From: Porphyridium purpureum
Taxonomy: Eukaryota
Assembly: GCA_008690995.1 (NCBI GenBank)
Contig: VRMN01000003.1
Coordinates: 1,922,001 to 1,986,000, forward strand
Length of the DNA: 64,000 bases
Reading direction: 5' to 3'
Shown: positions 22,389 to 33,086 of the stretch, piece after piece
Layout of the letters: each line of letters opens with the position of its first letter
Numbering within the stretch: the first letter of the stretch is position 1
The notes under the pieces: generated by a model
What the model saw: the letters and a program-made list of their open reading frames with translations, nothing else
Database searches by the model: none
What the model was told of the DNA's origin: nothing
Program-made: the position numbers and the translations under genes

Positions 22389-23466
22389 TGTCACGGGAGT
22401 AGCCCGTGTGTTAAGGAAATGATTAAAAAATAGCCATAGTCCGTGGCCGGATACCTGGTCGCGCCGGACCCACTGTACTGTAGGTGTACAAGGGGGCGCG
22501 TGGTAGGCCTGAAGGCCCCTTCCCTTAGGGACCAGACGCGCGATGACCACCCAGTATGGAATGGGTGTACAGCCAGGAGGTGGCTGGAACCTTCTGGAAG
22601 GTTCTAGACTCAGCGACAGCAAGGCACTGTACCTCGGGGGTTCAGTGGTCGCGATGGGTATAAAAAGACGCGCGGGTCGGCAACCAAGGGGGGGAGAGGG
22701 GGGTCGGGAGACAGAAGGAGTAAGGTGGATCTAAGTAAAAACAGGTGTATTCAAGGAAGCGTGTTCGGGCCTTGGGTACCTGTTGAGGAGCGGGGTACAG
22801 CGGGAGTACAGCGGGGGTACGGCGGGGGTACGGCGGGAGTACAGCGCGAGCGAGCGAGCGGGGGGTTTAACGGGGAAGGTTCGCGGATGCCCTGGGGTAA
22901 GGCGTCGTTAGACGGTCCTTGTTCGGAAGCGGATCCGGGGGTGGTACGTGGGCGGGGGCGGATAAAGGAGTGATAGGCCGTTTGAAGCCGAAAGGTGAGG
23001 TAACCTCCTCCGGCTAACCCCGGCTGCCCACAACGCCTCCCCGGGTCCCGGATCACCGTAAAGTGTGGCCGAACGGGATCCCGGTTGGGCAGCGGACGCC
23101 TGGTTCCCCCGTTACGCGCGTCTTCCGTGTGTGTGCTTTTGGTTGGCTGTGCCTGCTCCGTGCGTGTGCTCTTGGTTGGCTGTGTCTTTCCCGTGTGCCT
23201 GCTCTTGGTTGGCTGTGTCTTTCCCGTGTGCCTGCTCTTGGTTGGTTCTGTCGGTCCCGTGTGTGGGTGCTCTTGGCTGTTCGCGTGTGAGCAGCGTGCG
23301 TGAGCGTCGTTGGTTCCGGGTTTCCTGCCTGCCGCAGGTCCAGTTGACTGCGGGTGTCTTGTGTTTCCTCTTGGTTGCGTGGATTGTCCAGCTTGTGTGC
23401 GTGCGTGTGCCGCTTGGCTTGCTGTTGGGTGTGCCGCGGTGTCCTGGGCCAGCACGGTTCGTGACA
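22389..23466 (+). repeat. 5' LTR of chromovirus (1078 bp)
   Basis: Direct repeat of 28600-29676; termini TGTCACG...CGTGACA; TATAAAAA near 22659. Confidence 0.95.
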
Positions 23467-23645
23467 TAATTTCCGGAAATTATCTTCCAGGATTGCGTGG
23501 CATCTGACGTTGGTGCGAGAGAGGGTGGGGTGTGGACGTGAGATCGGTCTTGATCTTGGGCAAACTTGTGTCCACATTCTGATACGTACGGTCACCGAGT
23601 GAAGGATTGCGAGAGAGGATTCGGAGCAGGAACGAAGTCGCAGAA

Positions 23646-24587
23646 ATGGTGCGTGGCAGGAAGACGACGATGGGCTCAGACGATGCGCGAGAGCACGCGT
23701 CCTCGAGCGAGCTGGAACGTGCACAGGCTGGCGCGCTGGCACCAGAGCCGACAATGCCCACGGCTCGTGGTGACGAGATAGGAAGTCATGGGGTTGTGAG
23801 TGTTCAGCAGAAGGAAGAGGGTGTCCCCGCCATTGTGCGCGGCAAGATTCGTTCTCAACTGGGCCAGGCTATTTGTGACGCGGGCGTGCAGATTGAGAAG
23901 GCCGGTGATCCACTTTTTCTGACCGCCAAGATGGTCTGGTTCAATCGCCTGCGTGACATGGGAGAGGATCCAGACCAACATGTATCCTCGATTGATGCAG
24001 TTTTCCGCGGGGTGGGGCTGAGGAAATGCTACGAGGTCCTGTCGGAGTTGCACGGTGCAACAGCACAAGAGGCATGGGCGGCAGTGGCTGCTTACTTCTA
24101 CAACAAGGAGCACGAGCGCGCCCTTCGTGCAGAGCATCACGATGTTGAGTATGTTATTGGCCAGGACCTGAAGAAATTCGTGGAGGTTCTGGAGGATCGC
24201 TGCACGGCTCTGGGAGAATCTGACACTCGCAAGATTGAGGCACTTACGTTGGCGCTTCCGAAAAACTCCGAGCTGCGTCGTCAGGCCAGGACGTATGGCA
24301 TACAGGGGAACTGGACCTTGATGAAGACTGCTCTGTTGGAGGAGGCTGGTCAGTATGGAACCTTTGGTGCGCTTGGCTCGCAGTACGGTGCAAGGGCAGT
24401 GAGGAAGCCCGAGCGCGTGCACCATTTGGGTAACTTTGATGAAGCTGGGCTCCCTGGGTTGAATCCTCGCAAGCGACTGGTCAAGTGCTGGGAGTGCCAG
24501 GAGCGGGGCCACGTTCGCATGGAGTGCCCAAAGTGGGAGAAAAATAAGAGGCAGAGGACCGAAGAACGCCAGACAAAAAACGAGTAG
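23646..24587 (+). CDS. gag: Gag of chromovirus
   Basis: CCHC zinc knuckle CWECQERGHVRMEC; lies between the 5' LTR and pol. Confidence 0.88.
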   Translation: MVRGRKTTMGSDDAREHASSSELERAQAGALAPEPTMPTARGDEIGSHGVVSVQQKEEGVPAIVRGKIRSQLGQAICDAGVQIEKAGDPLFLTAKMVWFNRLRDMGEDPDQHVSSIDAVFRGVGLRKCYEVLSELHGATAQEAWAAVAAYFYNKEHERALRAEHHDVEYVIGQDLKKFVEVLEDRCTALGESDTRKIEALTLALPKNSELRRQARTYGIQGNWTLMKTALLEEAGQYGTFGALGSQYGARAVRKPERVHHLGNFDEAGLPGLNPRKRLVKCWECQERGHVRMECPKWEKNKRQRTEERQTKNE

Positions 24588-24610
24588 CGGGGGGATGCGA
24601 AGGCCCCCCG
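24575..24610 (+). other. Predicted -1 ribosomal frameshift signal (A AAA AAC plus stem-loop)
   Basis: Heptamer in gag phase; 6-nt spacer; CGGGGGG/CCCCCCG stem; -1 frame is open into pol. Confidence 0.8.
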
Positions 24611-27600
24611 GAATCTGAAGAATTGTCGGAGGCAGTCCCACTGGGCTCGTATCCGTGGATAGACGTACATGCTGAATGGGGAGGTCTGAAGGTTCGGACT
24701 ACTGCGCTGGTTGATACGGGGGCTTTATCCACGTGGATGAGCGACGATTTGGCTGACCGTCTTGGGCTTCTTCGCAGAAAGACCCACACACAGGCATTGG
24801 GCCCAACCAATGAGGTGTTGGGGGAGGCCGAGGAGAGCGTTGCCGTAATTTGGGTTGGTGAGGGAATTCAGTCGGAGGAAAGCGTCCGGATTATGAGGAA
24901 CCTCGGACCTGATCTCATACTGGGAATGCGTTTTCTTGCCAAGCATGTCAGTTACTTGATCCCGGGAAGGGGTCTGGGCCTACGCTCGGGCGGATGGATT
25001 ACTTTTGTCAACCGAGACGTTTCCATTGCACAGGAAGCCGTGTGTCATACATGCCTGGAAAGACACAGGATCCTGGGATCGATGTATGAGGAAGCCAAAC
25101 CCACGGTGCAGTTGGAGGCGGTGCACTATATTGCTGATGGAGCAGAAGTGAAGAAGCGAATCCAGGCCCTCGAAGAAAAGTATGCAGGTCACAACGAGGC
25201 TGTTTGTACTACCATTGAAGCCAAGATCTTTGAGCATTTGGATGAAGCGCAAAGCAGGGAGATGAAAGGGCTCTTGAAGAAGTTTTGGGTTCTCTTCCGG
25301 CCGGAGCTGGGTAAGACAGACCTCGTCGAGCATACGATCCGCATCAAGCCAGAGCGTTTGGAGGATCTCCCCAGGGCAAAGTTACGTCGCAGGGCTCCTG
25401 CGGTGACGCAGGCTGAGCGCGAGATGGTGCAAGGGCTGGTCGCCCGAGGAGTGCTGGAGCCGAGTTTGTCAGATGTGTCGAGCCAGAATGTCATGGTCAA
25501 GAAGCCGAATGGCGGCTGGCGTCTGACGACAGACTTCCGAACGCTTAATGATGCGACTGTTAAAGATCGATATCCCATTCCGGACGTGGGAGAGATGATC
25601 GACTGGTTTGCATCGTGGAAGTTCAAGAGTATCCTGGATCTGAAGGATGGCTTCTTCCAGGTCCCTCTGGCCCCCGAGAGCCGACCATTGACAGCGATTA
25701 TCACTCCGGACGGGCTGTTTCAATACTGCCGATTACCTCAGGGTTGCTGTAATAGCCCAAGTACCTTCCAGCGATTGACAAATACGGTCCTGGGCCCGCT
25801 CAGGTACCTGAATGCATTGGTTTACATCGATGATTTGGCAATCGGGACAAAGACGTTTGAAGAGCACTTGCAAGCGCTGCAGCGGGTGCTGGAGCAATTC
25901 TGCGCTGCGGGCTTGGTGTTCTCATTGTCGAAGTGCAGATTTGGGGCTTTAAGGGTCGAGTTTCTTGGACATGATATCGGCCTGGACGGTATAAGGCCGA
26001 GCCAGAGGAAGACGGAGGCTGTGCGAGCATGGCAGGAGCCGAGGAATGCAAAGGAACTGCAGCAGTTCATTGGGCTCGTGGGGTGGTTCCGCAATTTTAT
26101 CGAGGGATTTGAGGAAGTCTGCAGGCCTCTTAGGGATGCTATGAAGGGCCTTCAAATCAACGCCAAAGGAAGCAAGTGGAAGAAATACCCTATGAACTCG
26201 GCGGATTGGCAGGCACGATTTGGTGAGCCTCAGAGTCAGGCGTTTCTGTCGCTTCGGGAAGCACTCAGTGATCCAGAAACTGGAGATCGAAAGGTTTTGG
26301 CTGCATACGACCCAGAAGCAGAGCATACGCTGTGGACAGACGCTTCTAGCACTGGCTTGGGAGCAATGTTGACGCAGAGGGAGGGTACTGGCGATCGTCC
26401 AGTGGCATTTTACTCGAGGCTTCTGAGACCGGCCGAGCAGAACTATACCGTGACGGAGAAGGAGTGCTTGGCCGCCATTGCAGCCATGGAGCACTTCAGG
26501 CATTACTTGTACGGCAAACGATTTGTGCTCATGACTGACCACAGCGCATTAAGCTGGCTCATGAGGCAAAAGGAGCCTCAAGGTCGGATTGCGCGATGGA
26601 TTCTCAAGGTACAGGACTTCGACTTCCAGGTTCAGCATCATCCGGGCAAGGCGAATACAGTGGCAGATGCGCTTTCGCGTCCAGCTGTACGTATGAATGA
26701 GGAAGAGGCTCGGGTGGCGAGCGAGAGCAATAAGTCTGAGACTCTCAACAACACGAGCGAAATCGAGCTCATTGGACTGAATGCTGTTGAGGATGAGGAA
26801 GTGAAGCGAGTAGTTCGGTTGGCTGAAATGCTGCAGGAAGAGATTCAGGGTCCAGCTTCGGGGGCCGATGGGGGTATGGTCCCTGTCACATCGGCCGGAG
26901 TGCGAGAGCTGCTGCTTCATACTGGCGAGCATACAGAAGCGAACGATGCGTACACACCACCTTCGATGGAAGAGATCGTGGCTGCATACGCAGACGACAC
27001 GGACATTCAGGAACAGTTGAAGAATCTGAAAGCAGACAAGCCCGAATACACGTACCCGGAGTACACCGTTGATGAGGATGGAGTCATCTGGGCTATGCTT
27101 CGCGATGAGTCCAGGGTCGTGATACCAAACGCTCTGGTGCAGCGCGTTCTGCATGTGTATCACAGCACGCCACTTTCAGGGCACCTTGGAATAGAAAAGA
27201 CTGCAAAGCGGGTCTCGGATGCACGATACTGGTGGACCGGTTGGACGGAAGATGTTCGTCAGTTTGTTCTTTGTTGCCATGAGTGCTTTTCAAGGAAAAC
27301 AAAGGCGCCCCCGAGAAGGGCTCGCATGCAAGTCTATCGCGCGGTGAGACGTTTCGAGATTGTCTCGATAGATGTTCTGAGTATCACACCGACAACAACT
27401 CGCGGGCACAGCAAAGTGGTAATCATGGTGGACGCCTTCACAAAGTGGGTTCGTGCCCATGCAGTCAAGGATGAGACTGCGGCTACACTGGCACGTGTTT
27501 TCCTAGACGGTTGGGTGTGCGATTTTGGACCGCCAGAGTCTCTGCTGTCCGACCGGGGACCGGGCTTTGTAGCCGACATCCTTTCAAAAATGTGTGAAAA

Positions 27601-28360
27601 TCTGGGTGTAGGACGTATGCTTACGACAGCATACCATCCGCAGACGAACGGGGTTGTGGAGCGCTTTAACCAGACAGTGTGTCAAATGTTGTCGGCATAC
27701 GTGTGTGCGAACGGAAAAGACTGGGATCGCTGGTTGTCGGTAATGGTGTATGCGTATAATACAGCCCGGCATGCATCCACGAAGATGTCTCCGTTTGAAC
27801 TGTTGTATGGTGAGCCGGCGCGGGACTGGGCAAGTATGGCGGGACCCAGAGCTGTTGAACAAGCAGATGACCTCGCGAAGAAGCTTGCTGCATGTCACGC
27901 CATTGCCAATAAGAATGCGAAGATCGCACAGGATCGGTACACGAAGAACTATGATCGCCGAGTCAGGGAACATGACTTCAAGCCGGGCGACGTGGTGTAC
28001 GTTTGGGCGCCGCCTTCAGGAGAAGGGCGCAAGCTGAAAAAGCCGTGGGTAGGACCACTATCCATCCTGAGAATGGTCGGGGTTCACGCAGTACTGTGCA
28101 GTGAAGGCCATCCTGACGGGAAGTTGGTCCACGTGAACCGGCTTGCTCGGGCCCACAAGGACCTCATTGAGGCAAGTGGATCCCAAGTCTTGCAAGGAGA
28201 AGACGGCAGCTGGGCTATAGAGGCTATAGCCGGGGATCGGGTTGTGGGCGGACGCCGAGAGTACAGAGTTAGATGGCGAGGACTCGGTAAACGTGGGGAT
28301 ACGTGGGAACCTGAGCTCGCATTGCCACCAATGATGGTGGCTGCCTACCGTGACGCGTGA
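24581..28360 (+). CDS. pol: Pol polyprotein (protease, RT, RNase H, integrase, chromodomain), probably made as a Gag-Pol fusion
   Basis: VDTGA; LDLKDGFFQV; YIDD; TDAS/TDHSAL; HHCC and D-D-E integrase; WVGP; C-terminal EYRVRWRG...DTWEP chromodomain. Confidence 0.95.
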   Translation, partial: RVAGGCEGPPESEELSEAVPLGSYPWIDVHAEWGGLKVRTTALVDTGALSTWMSDDLADRLGLLRRKTHTQALGPTNEVLGEAEESVAVIWVGEGIQSEESVRIMRNLGPDLILGMRFLAKHVSYLIPGRGLGLRSGGWITFVNRDVSIAQEAVCHTCLERHRILGSMYEEAKPTVQLEAVHYIADGAEVKKRIQALEEKYAGHNEAVCTTIEAKIFEHLDEAQSREMKGLLKKFWVLFRPELGKTDLVEHTIRIKPERLEDLPRAKLRRRAPAVTQAEREMVQGLVARGVLEPSLSDVSSQNVMVKKPNGGWRLTTDFRTLNDATVKDRYPIPDVGEMIDWFASWKFKSILDLKDGFFQVPLAPESRPLTAIITPDGLFQYCRLPQGCCNSPSTFQRLTNTVLGPLRYLNALVYIDDLAIGTKTFEEHLQALQRVLEQFCAAGLVFSLSKCRFGALRVEFLGHDIGLDGIRPSQRKTEAVRAWQEPRNAKELQQFIGLVGWFRNFIEGFEEVCRPLRDAMKGLQINAKGSKWKKYPMNSADWQARFGEPQSQAFLSLREALSDPETGDRKVLAAYDPEAEHTLWTDASSTGLGAMLTQREGTGDRPVAFYSRLLRPAEQNYTVTEKECLAAIAAMEHFRHYLYGKRFVLMTDHSALSWLMRQKEPQGRIARWILKVQDFDFQVQHHPGKANTVADALSRPAVRMNEEEARVASESNKSETLNNTSEIELIGLNAVEDEEVKRVVRLAEMLQEEIQGPASGADGGMVPVTSAGVRELLLHTGEHTEANDAYTPPSMEEIVAAYADDTDIQEQLKNLKADKPEYTYPEYTVDEDGVIWAMLRDESRVVIPNALVQRVLHVYHSTPLSGHLGIEKTAKRVSDARYWWTGWTEDVRQFVLCCHECFSRKTKAPPRRARMQVYRAVRRFEIVSIDVLSITPTTTRGHSKVVIMVDAFTKWVRAHAVKDETAATLARVFLDGWVCDFGPPESLLSDRGPGFVADILSKMCENLGVGRMLTTAYHPQTNGVVERFNQTVCQMLSAYVCANGKDWDRWLSVMVYAYNTARHASTKMSPFELLYGEPARDWASMAGPRAVEQADDLAKKLAACHAIANKNAKIAQDRYTKNYDRRVREHDFKPGDVVYVWAPPSGEGRKLKKPWVGPLSILRMVGVHAVLCSEGHPDGKLVHVNRLARAHKDLIEASGSQVLQGEDGSWAIEAIAGDRVVGGRREYRVRWRGLGKRGDTWEPELALPPMMVAAYRDA

Positions 28361-28579
28361 CCAGTGGCGGAACCTCGGACACACCGGCCGGGTGGAGGGC
28401 CACGTGGACGGACGTCCTCTTCGAGTACTTACGTTGCCAAGACGGGCACACGAAGCCGATGGCCAGTGCACGGGCGACATCGAGCTTGAGACGTGGATGC
28501 CGGACGCGTCAAGCATTGGCATGTGCTGTAAGTATGAAGTGACTCTCCGGAAGCTTCGGACCATGTGATACCTGACATT

Positions 28580-28599
28580 GGGAAGCGGAGAGGGTGGGA
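28580..28599 (+). other. Polypurine tract of chromovirus
   Basis: gggaagcggagagggtggga immediately before the 3' LTR. Confidence 0.75.
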
Positions 28600-29676
28600 T
28601 GTCACGGGAGTAGCCCGTGTGTTAAGGAAATGATTAAAAATAGCCATAGTCCGTGGCCGGATACCTGGTCGCGCCGGACCCACTGTACTGTAGGTGTACA
28701 AGGGGGCGCGTGGTAGGCCTGAAGGCCCCTTCCCTTAGGGACCAGACGCGCGATGACCACCCAGTATGGAATGGGTGTACAGCCAGGAGGTGGCTGGAAC
28801 CTTCTGGAAGGTTCTAGACTCAGCGACAGCAAGGCACTGTACCTCGGGGGTTCAGTGGTCGCGATGGGTATAAAAAGACGCGCGGGTCGGCAACCAAGGG
28901 GGGGAGAGGGGGGTCGGGAGACAGAAGGAGTAAGGTGGATCTAAGTAAAAACAGGTGTATTCAAGGAAGCGTGTTCGGGCCTTGGGTACCTGTTGAGGAG
29001 CGGGGTACAGCGGGAGTACAGCGGGGGTACGGCGGGGGTACGGCGGGAGTACAGCGCGAGCGAGCGAGCGGGGGGTTTAACGGGGAAGGTTCGCGGATGC
29101 CCTGGGGTAAGGCGTCGTTAGACGGTCCTTGTTCGGAAGCGGATCCGGGGGTGGTACGTGGGCGGGGGCGGATAAAGGAGTGATAGGCCGTTTGAAGCCG
29201 AAAGGTGAGGTAACCTCCTCCGGCTAACCCCGGCTGCCCACAACGCCTCCCCGGGTCCCGGATCACCGTAAAGTGTGGCCGAACGGGATCCCGGTTGGGC
29301 AGCGGACGCCTGGTTCCCCCGTTACGCGCGTCTTCCGTGTGTGTGCTTTTGGTTGGCTGTGCCTGCTCCGTGCGTGTGCTCTTGGTTGGCTGTGTCTTTC
29401 CCGTGTGCCTGCTCTTGGTTGGCTGTGTCTTTCCCGTGTGCCTGCTCTTGGTTGGTTCTGTCGGTCCCGTGTGTGGGTGCTCTTGGCTGTTCGCGTGTGA
29501 GCAGCGTGCGTGAGCGTCGTTGGTTCCGGGTTTCCTGCCTGCCGCAGGTCCAGTTGACTGCGGGTGTCTTGTGTTTCCTCTTGGTTGCGTGGATTGTCCA
29601 GCTTGTGTGCGTGCGTGTGCCGCTTGGCTTGCTGTTGGGTGTGCCGCGGTGTCCTGGGCCAGCACGGTTCGTGACA
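28600..29676 (+). repeat. 3' LTR of chromovirus (1077 bp)
   Basis: Appears identical to the 5' LTR except one fewer A in an A-run. Confidence 0.95.
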
Positions 29677-29680
29677 TTTC

Positions 29681-30095
29681 CAATGAATGCGGTGGCAAAC
29701 GCCAATCGCTTCCTGATGTTGTCAGACGACAGCGAAGGTTTCCGCGAGACTCGCTTGTAGCGAAGAAAGCCTGCTGCTTGAAGCGTCCGACGCACTGTCC
29801 TGGGCGAGCACTGCAAGTGCAGCTCGTGAACCACCTGTCCGGACGTCAGTGTATCAACAGATACGGCGCGAATGATGCGGCGTTCCGATTTGCGACTCAA
29901 AAGCCGTTTCGGACCTGGCTTCTTGCGGACAATTCGGCGCCCCCTTGACGCCAGATAACGGCTCACAGTTGCATAGGACGGTCGCGAGCGATCTGGGCGA
30001 GGCTTCAGAGCCTTCGCAATGGCTCGCACCGACAGATCCTGGCCCGCAAGGGCGTCGATCTGCCCTTTTTCGTGTTCCGACAGCCACGGCGCCAT
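29681..30095 (-). pseudogene. Tc1 transposase, N-terminal DNA-binding half (interrupted gene)
   Basis: HTH-like LSVRAIAKAL...TVSRYL, GPKRLLS, SPRTVRRTL, KPSLS...RLAFA; joins 22388 in frame after removing the LTR element. Confidence 0.9.
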
Positions 30096-30339
30096 CGTTC
30101 GGCCGTTGCGCGCTCAATTTCGATCTGGAGACTCTCCACTTGCGCACGACGAGATGGATCAGCGAGCGAAGATCCTTTGAGCACCTTCTGATGTTCTGGG
30201 GAAAACAAAAACGCGCGCGCCGCGCCTTGGTTCACCGTCATGCTCGATGTTGACAATGTTAAAAAAAGAGTTAAAAATAAGTTTTCTATTAAAATGGGCT
30301 ATTTCACTATAAGATCCATTTTTTTGGACCAAAATGCAG

Positions 30340-30366
30340 GTGTTGCAAACATCTTGGCCAGGACTG
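30340..30366 (-). repeat. Tc1 right terminal inverted repeat
   Basis: gtgttgcaaacatcttggccaggactg followed by TA. Confidence 0.95.
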
Positions 30367-30686
30367 TATAGCGGTACAGGAAGGGAGTACAGTGGCCTTT
30401 TTTTTGGTGGGTCGCGTCCAGCGTGGCGGGCGGGCGCGTGCGCGGCGAGACAAGGCGAGGCAGGCCGTGCGGGGGTACGAGGCGGTGAGTGGTTGCGTGG
30501 ATAGGGGCTAGACAGGACTGCGCAGGCTGGTGGGGAGGTGCGGTGGTTGCGGCGGGTGGGCTGGGAACGCGCACGTGCGGTGTTGGTGCGCGGCGTGAGT
30601 GGTTGGTTGCCGTCGTGAGTGAGGATCTTGATCGGGAGTGCGGCGGAGAGACTGTGTTGCTCGTTAAAAGCGCGCTGCGGGGAGCA

Positions 30687-31289
30687 ATGGCGGATGATAA
30701 GGAGTTTCCTGCGGGGGCGGGCTCGGAGGTTGTAGAGACAAAGGAGGAGAAGGCGCCGGACACCGCAGCGCTGGGAGGAGCGGCGGCCGCGGAAGCTGGG
30801 AAGGACGGAGGCGATGACGGTGAGGATGCTGGCGCCGCGGATGAGGAGGAGTGTGCAGCAGATTTCAAGCCGGTCGTGCAGCTGGAGGAGCAAGAAACCG
30901 TCACTGGCGAGGAGGATGAGACCGTGGAGTGGAAAATGCGCGCAAAATTGTTCCGATTCAACACGGAATCGCAGGAGTGGAAGGAACGCGGCACTGGCGA
31001 TGTGCGTTTTCTCAAGCACAAGGAAACCGGCAAGATCCGCCTCCTGATGCGCAGAGAAAAGACGCTCAAAATCTGTCTCAATCACTACGTGAACACCACT
31101 GCAGAGCTACAGGAGAACTTTGGATCCGATCGCTCGTGGATGTGGAACGCCATCGACTATGCCGAAGGCGAGCGCGACGAATGCGTCCTTGCCATCCGCT
31201 TTGCAAACTCGGAGAACGCCGCAGAGTTCAAGAAACAATTTGAATTTTACCAGGCCGAAATGAAAAAGCTGCTCGAGGCAAAGGACTAG
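30687..31289 (+). CDS. RANBP1: Ran-binding protein 1
   Basis: TGEEDE...MRAKLFRF...[12 protein letters not shown]...[15 protein letters not shown]...GSDRSW. Confidence 0.95.
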   Translation: MADDKEFPAGAGSEVVETKEEKAPDTAALGGAAAAEAGKDGGDDGEDAGAADEEECAADFKPVVQLEEQETVTGEEDETVEWKMRAKLFRFNTESQEWKERGTGDVRFLKHKETGKIRLLMRREKTLKICLNHYVNTTAELQENFGSDRSWMWNAIDYAEGERDECVLAIRFANSENAAEFKKQFEFYQAEMKKLLEAKD

Positions 31290-31811
31290 GGTCGCACAAT
31301 TCTGTGTACCGGCCGCGTTTGGATACCATTCTGGGCGGTGAGGCCCGGGCGACAATCGAGGGGGTAAATTCTAGTCTAACACAGAGGTGACTGTCAAGGA
31401 GGCCTTGCAGTTGTTTGTAAAGAGAAGGAGCAGTCCTAGGAGCGCTAGTATCACACTTCATGTGTTCAGAGCGTGTTCAACTCCATCTCGTAGTAGAGGA
31501 AAATAATATACATATATGCTCACCCTCTTCCAAGATATGTTTCAGGCAAGCTCGAAAATTCTACTTCGCGGCCTCACCAATTCACTTTGCCGTGTTGTCA
31601 TCGGACTCGTTCACGGCCCCGCAGTCCCATCGGATCTAGCTTCACGCACATCATTCCATGTCCACCTGTTGCCAAAGTTGTACCCATGACACGCAATGCG
31701 TGAAAGACGCGCCCCTTGGTGCCCCAATTCTGCCTCGAGTTCAAGCAACTCCGTTGCCTCGCGGCATAGCATTACGCTCACTCTGCAAAACGGCCACGAA
31801 AGGCGCGCCTC

Positions 31812-33086
31812 TCAGATTGGAACCGCATCAAAAGTAAATCCTGTTGAGCGTATGCTCTCCAGGAAAGACAGAAAGTACCCGATGATCAGGAAAAGTGCAG
31901 CCACGCACACCAAATGAATAAGAGAGTAACGCCGTTTCGATGAAGACTCGCCATGTCGCTCAACTATGGGTTGCGAGTCTTCTTGCCCGGGAGCTGTGGC
32001 AGACACGATGGAGAGGGACAGGTTTGCGAGATCATTGTTGACTTTTTCAACGAGGGCAGATTCGCTGCGCATTTTCTGCGTTTCAGCCAGCGTCTTCCAA
32101 TGCTCTTCGGGTTCTTGAGGTCGCGGCGGTGGCAGTTGTATCGAGCCAGTCAGGGACGCATCGCCATGGAGCTCCCTGCTGCTCTTCCGGTTGTGCAGTC
32201 GCACATGCTTCACACCGTACAAGAGGTGCAGCGACGTCTTACATTCCTCACCAAGCGAGTTTTCACGCAGGTCGATAAGCCGGGCGTCGCGGCACGCAGT
32301 CGCGAGGCTGCGCGCTCCCCGGTCCGAAATGTGATTTTTCGCGACACTGACCAAATCTATGTGCGGATGCTCGTGTTTTTGGAACGCAGATGCAATGCTT
32401 TCTACGGCGTCGTTGTCAAGCTCGTTGGCGTCCAACACCAGAGAGCGCAATTCCTTGGAAAAAGGCGAGCTTAAGAATACGTTCAAGGGGTCCAGCACCA
32501 GCGCATTATTTACGCCGCATGCAATAAGTTCAAGCTCGCGTAAAAATCCACCTCCGGGAAGCAGGGACCACAGCACGCTGGCGAGTGACATGCTGGACAG
32601 CCTTGACTTGTGCACGTGCAGCACGCGGAGGCTGCCAGCCTTGAACAGGAGCTTTTCTGCGCACCATTGGGTGAAACCTGGCGACAGTGAGCATGCGAGA
32701 ATCTGCAAAGTATGCACATATTGCGCTTGTGCTTCAAGCGCTCCGAAAAAGTGCCGATACAGAGTGTCCCGTCCGTGGCTTTCTGGCCAGATGCTCACGT
32801 TCACCAGCCGAATGACATGAATCTGGCCCAGCACACTCTCGCGCAAGAACTCGGCCAGCGCGCTCGCGAGCGCGGCCGTCAGAAGCACGTCACGAATCTC
32901 CAGCGCCACGCGCGCGCTCGAGCTCGGCACGGCGTGCAGATTCCGTAACCTCACCCACTCTCGCGCCACATCCACATCCGTCAGAGGTACCCCGCCTCCG
33001 GCCGCTGCACCGCCGGACGTCGCGAGCGGCTCACCCTGCACACGTAGCAGCACATCGACCTCGTCTCCTGCATCGCCGCCTCTCAT
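31812..33086 (-). CDS. RI-like leucine-rich repeat protein with C-terminal TM helix
   Basis: LRELELIACG, LRSLVLDANEL, VSVAKNHISDRGA, IDLRENSLG repeats; hydrophobic LVCVAALFLIIGYFL. Confidence 0.75.
   Translation of the reverse strand: MRGGDAGDEVDVLLRVQGEPLATSGGAAAGGGVPLTDVDVAREWVRLRNLHAVPSSSARVALEIRDVLLTAALASALAEFLRESVLGQIHVIRLVNVSIWPESHGRDTLYRHFFGALEAQAQYVHTLQILACSLSPGFTQWCAEKLLFKAGSLRVLHVHKSRLSSMSLASVLWSLLPGGGFLRELELIACGVNNALVLDPLNVFLSSPFSKELRSLVLDANELDNDAVESIASAFQKHEHPHIDLVSVAKNHISDRGARSLATACRDARLIDLRENSLGEECKTSLHLLYGVKHVRLHNRKSSRELHGDASLTGSIQLPPPRPQEPEEHWKTLAETQKMRSESALVEKVNNDLANLSLSIVSATAPGQEDSQPIVERHGESSSKRRYSLIHLVCVAALFLIIGYFLSFLESIRSTGFTFDAVPI

Larger units (their letters stand above)
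22389..29676 (+). mobile_element. Full-length Ty3/gypsy chromovirus LTR retrotransposon (7288 bp)
   Basis: TG...CA LTRs, 4-bp TSD TTTC (22385-88 and 29677-80), gag plus pol in order PR-RT-RH-IN-chromodomain, PPT. Confidence 0.96.
21530..30366 (-). mobile_element. Tc1/mariner DNA transposon (DD34E), ~1545 bp once the nested LTR element is removed
   Basis: Perfect 27-bp TIRs CAGTCCTGGCCAAGATGTTTGCAACAC, TA target duplications at 21528-29 and 30367-68, split transposase. Confidence 0.95.

Noticed and set aside
23126..23280. Repeat array as a possible CRISPR
   Set aside because: Units are contiguous tandem repeats without unique spacers, there are no cas genes, and the array lies within an LTR
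22751..23467. 238-aa antisense ORF in the chromovirus LTR (duplicated at 28961-29698)
   Set aside because: Explained by GC-rich sequence and 33-bp in-frame repeats; no recognisable domain
29322..29676. C-terminal part of the 257-aa ORF 29322-30095
   Set aside because: Read-through of the broken transposase into antisense LTR sequence, not a real fusion domain
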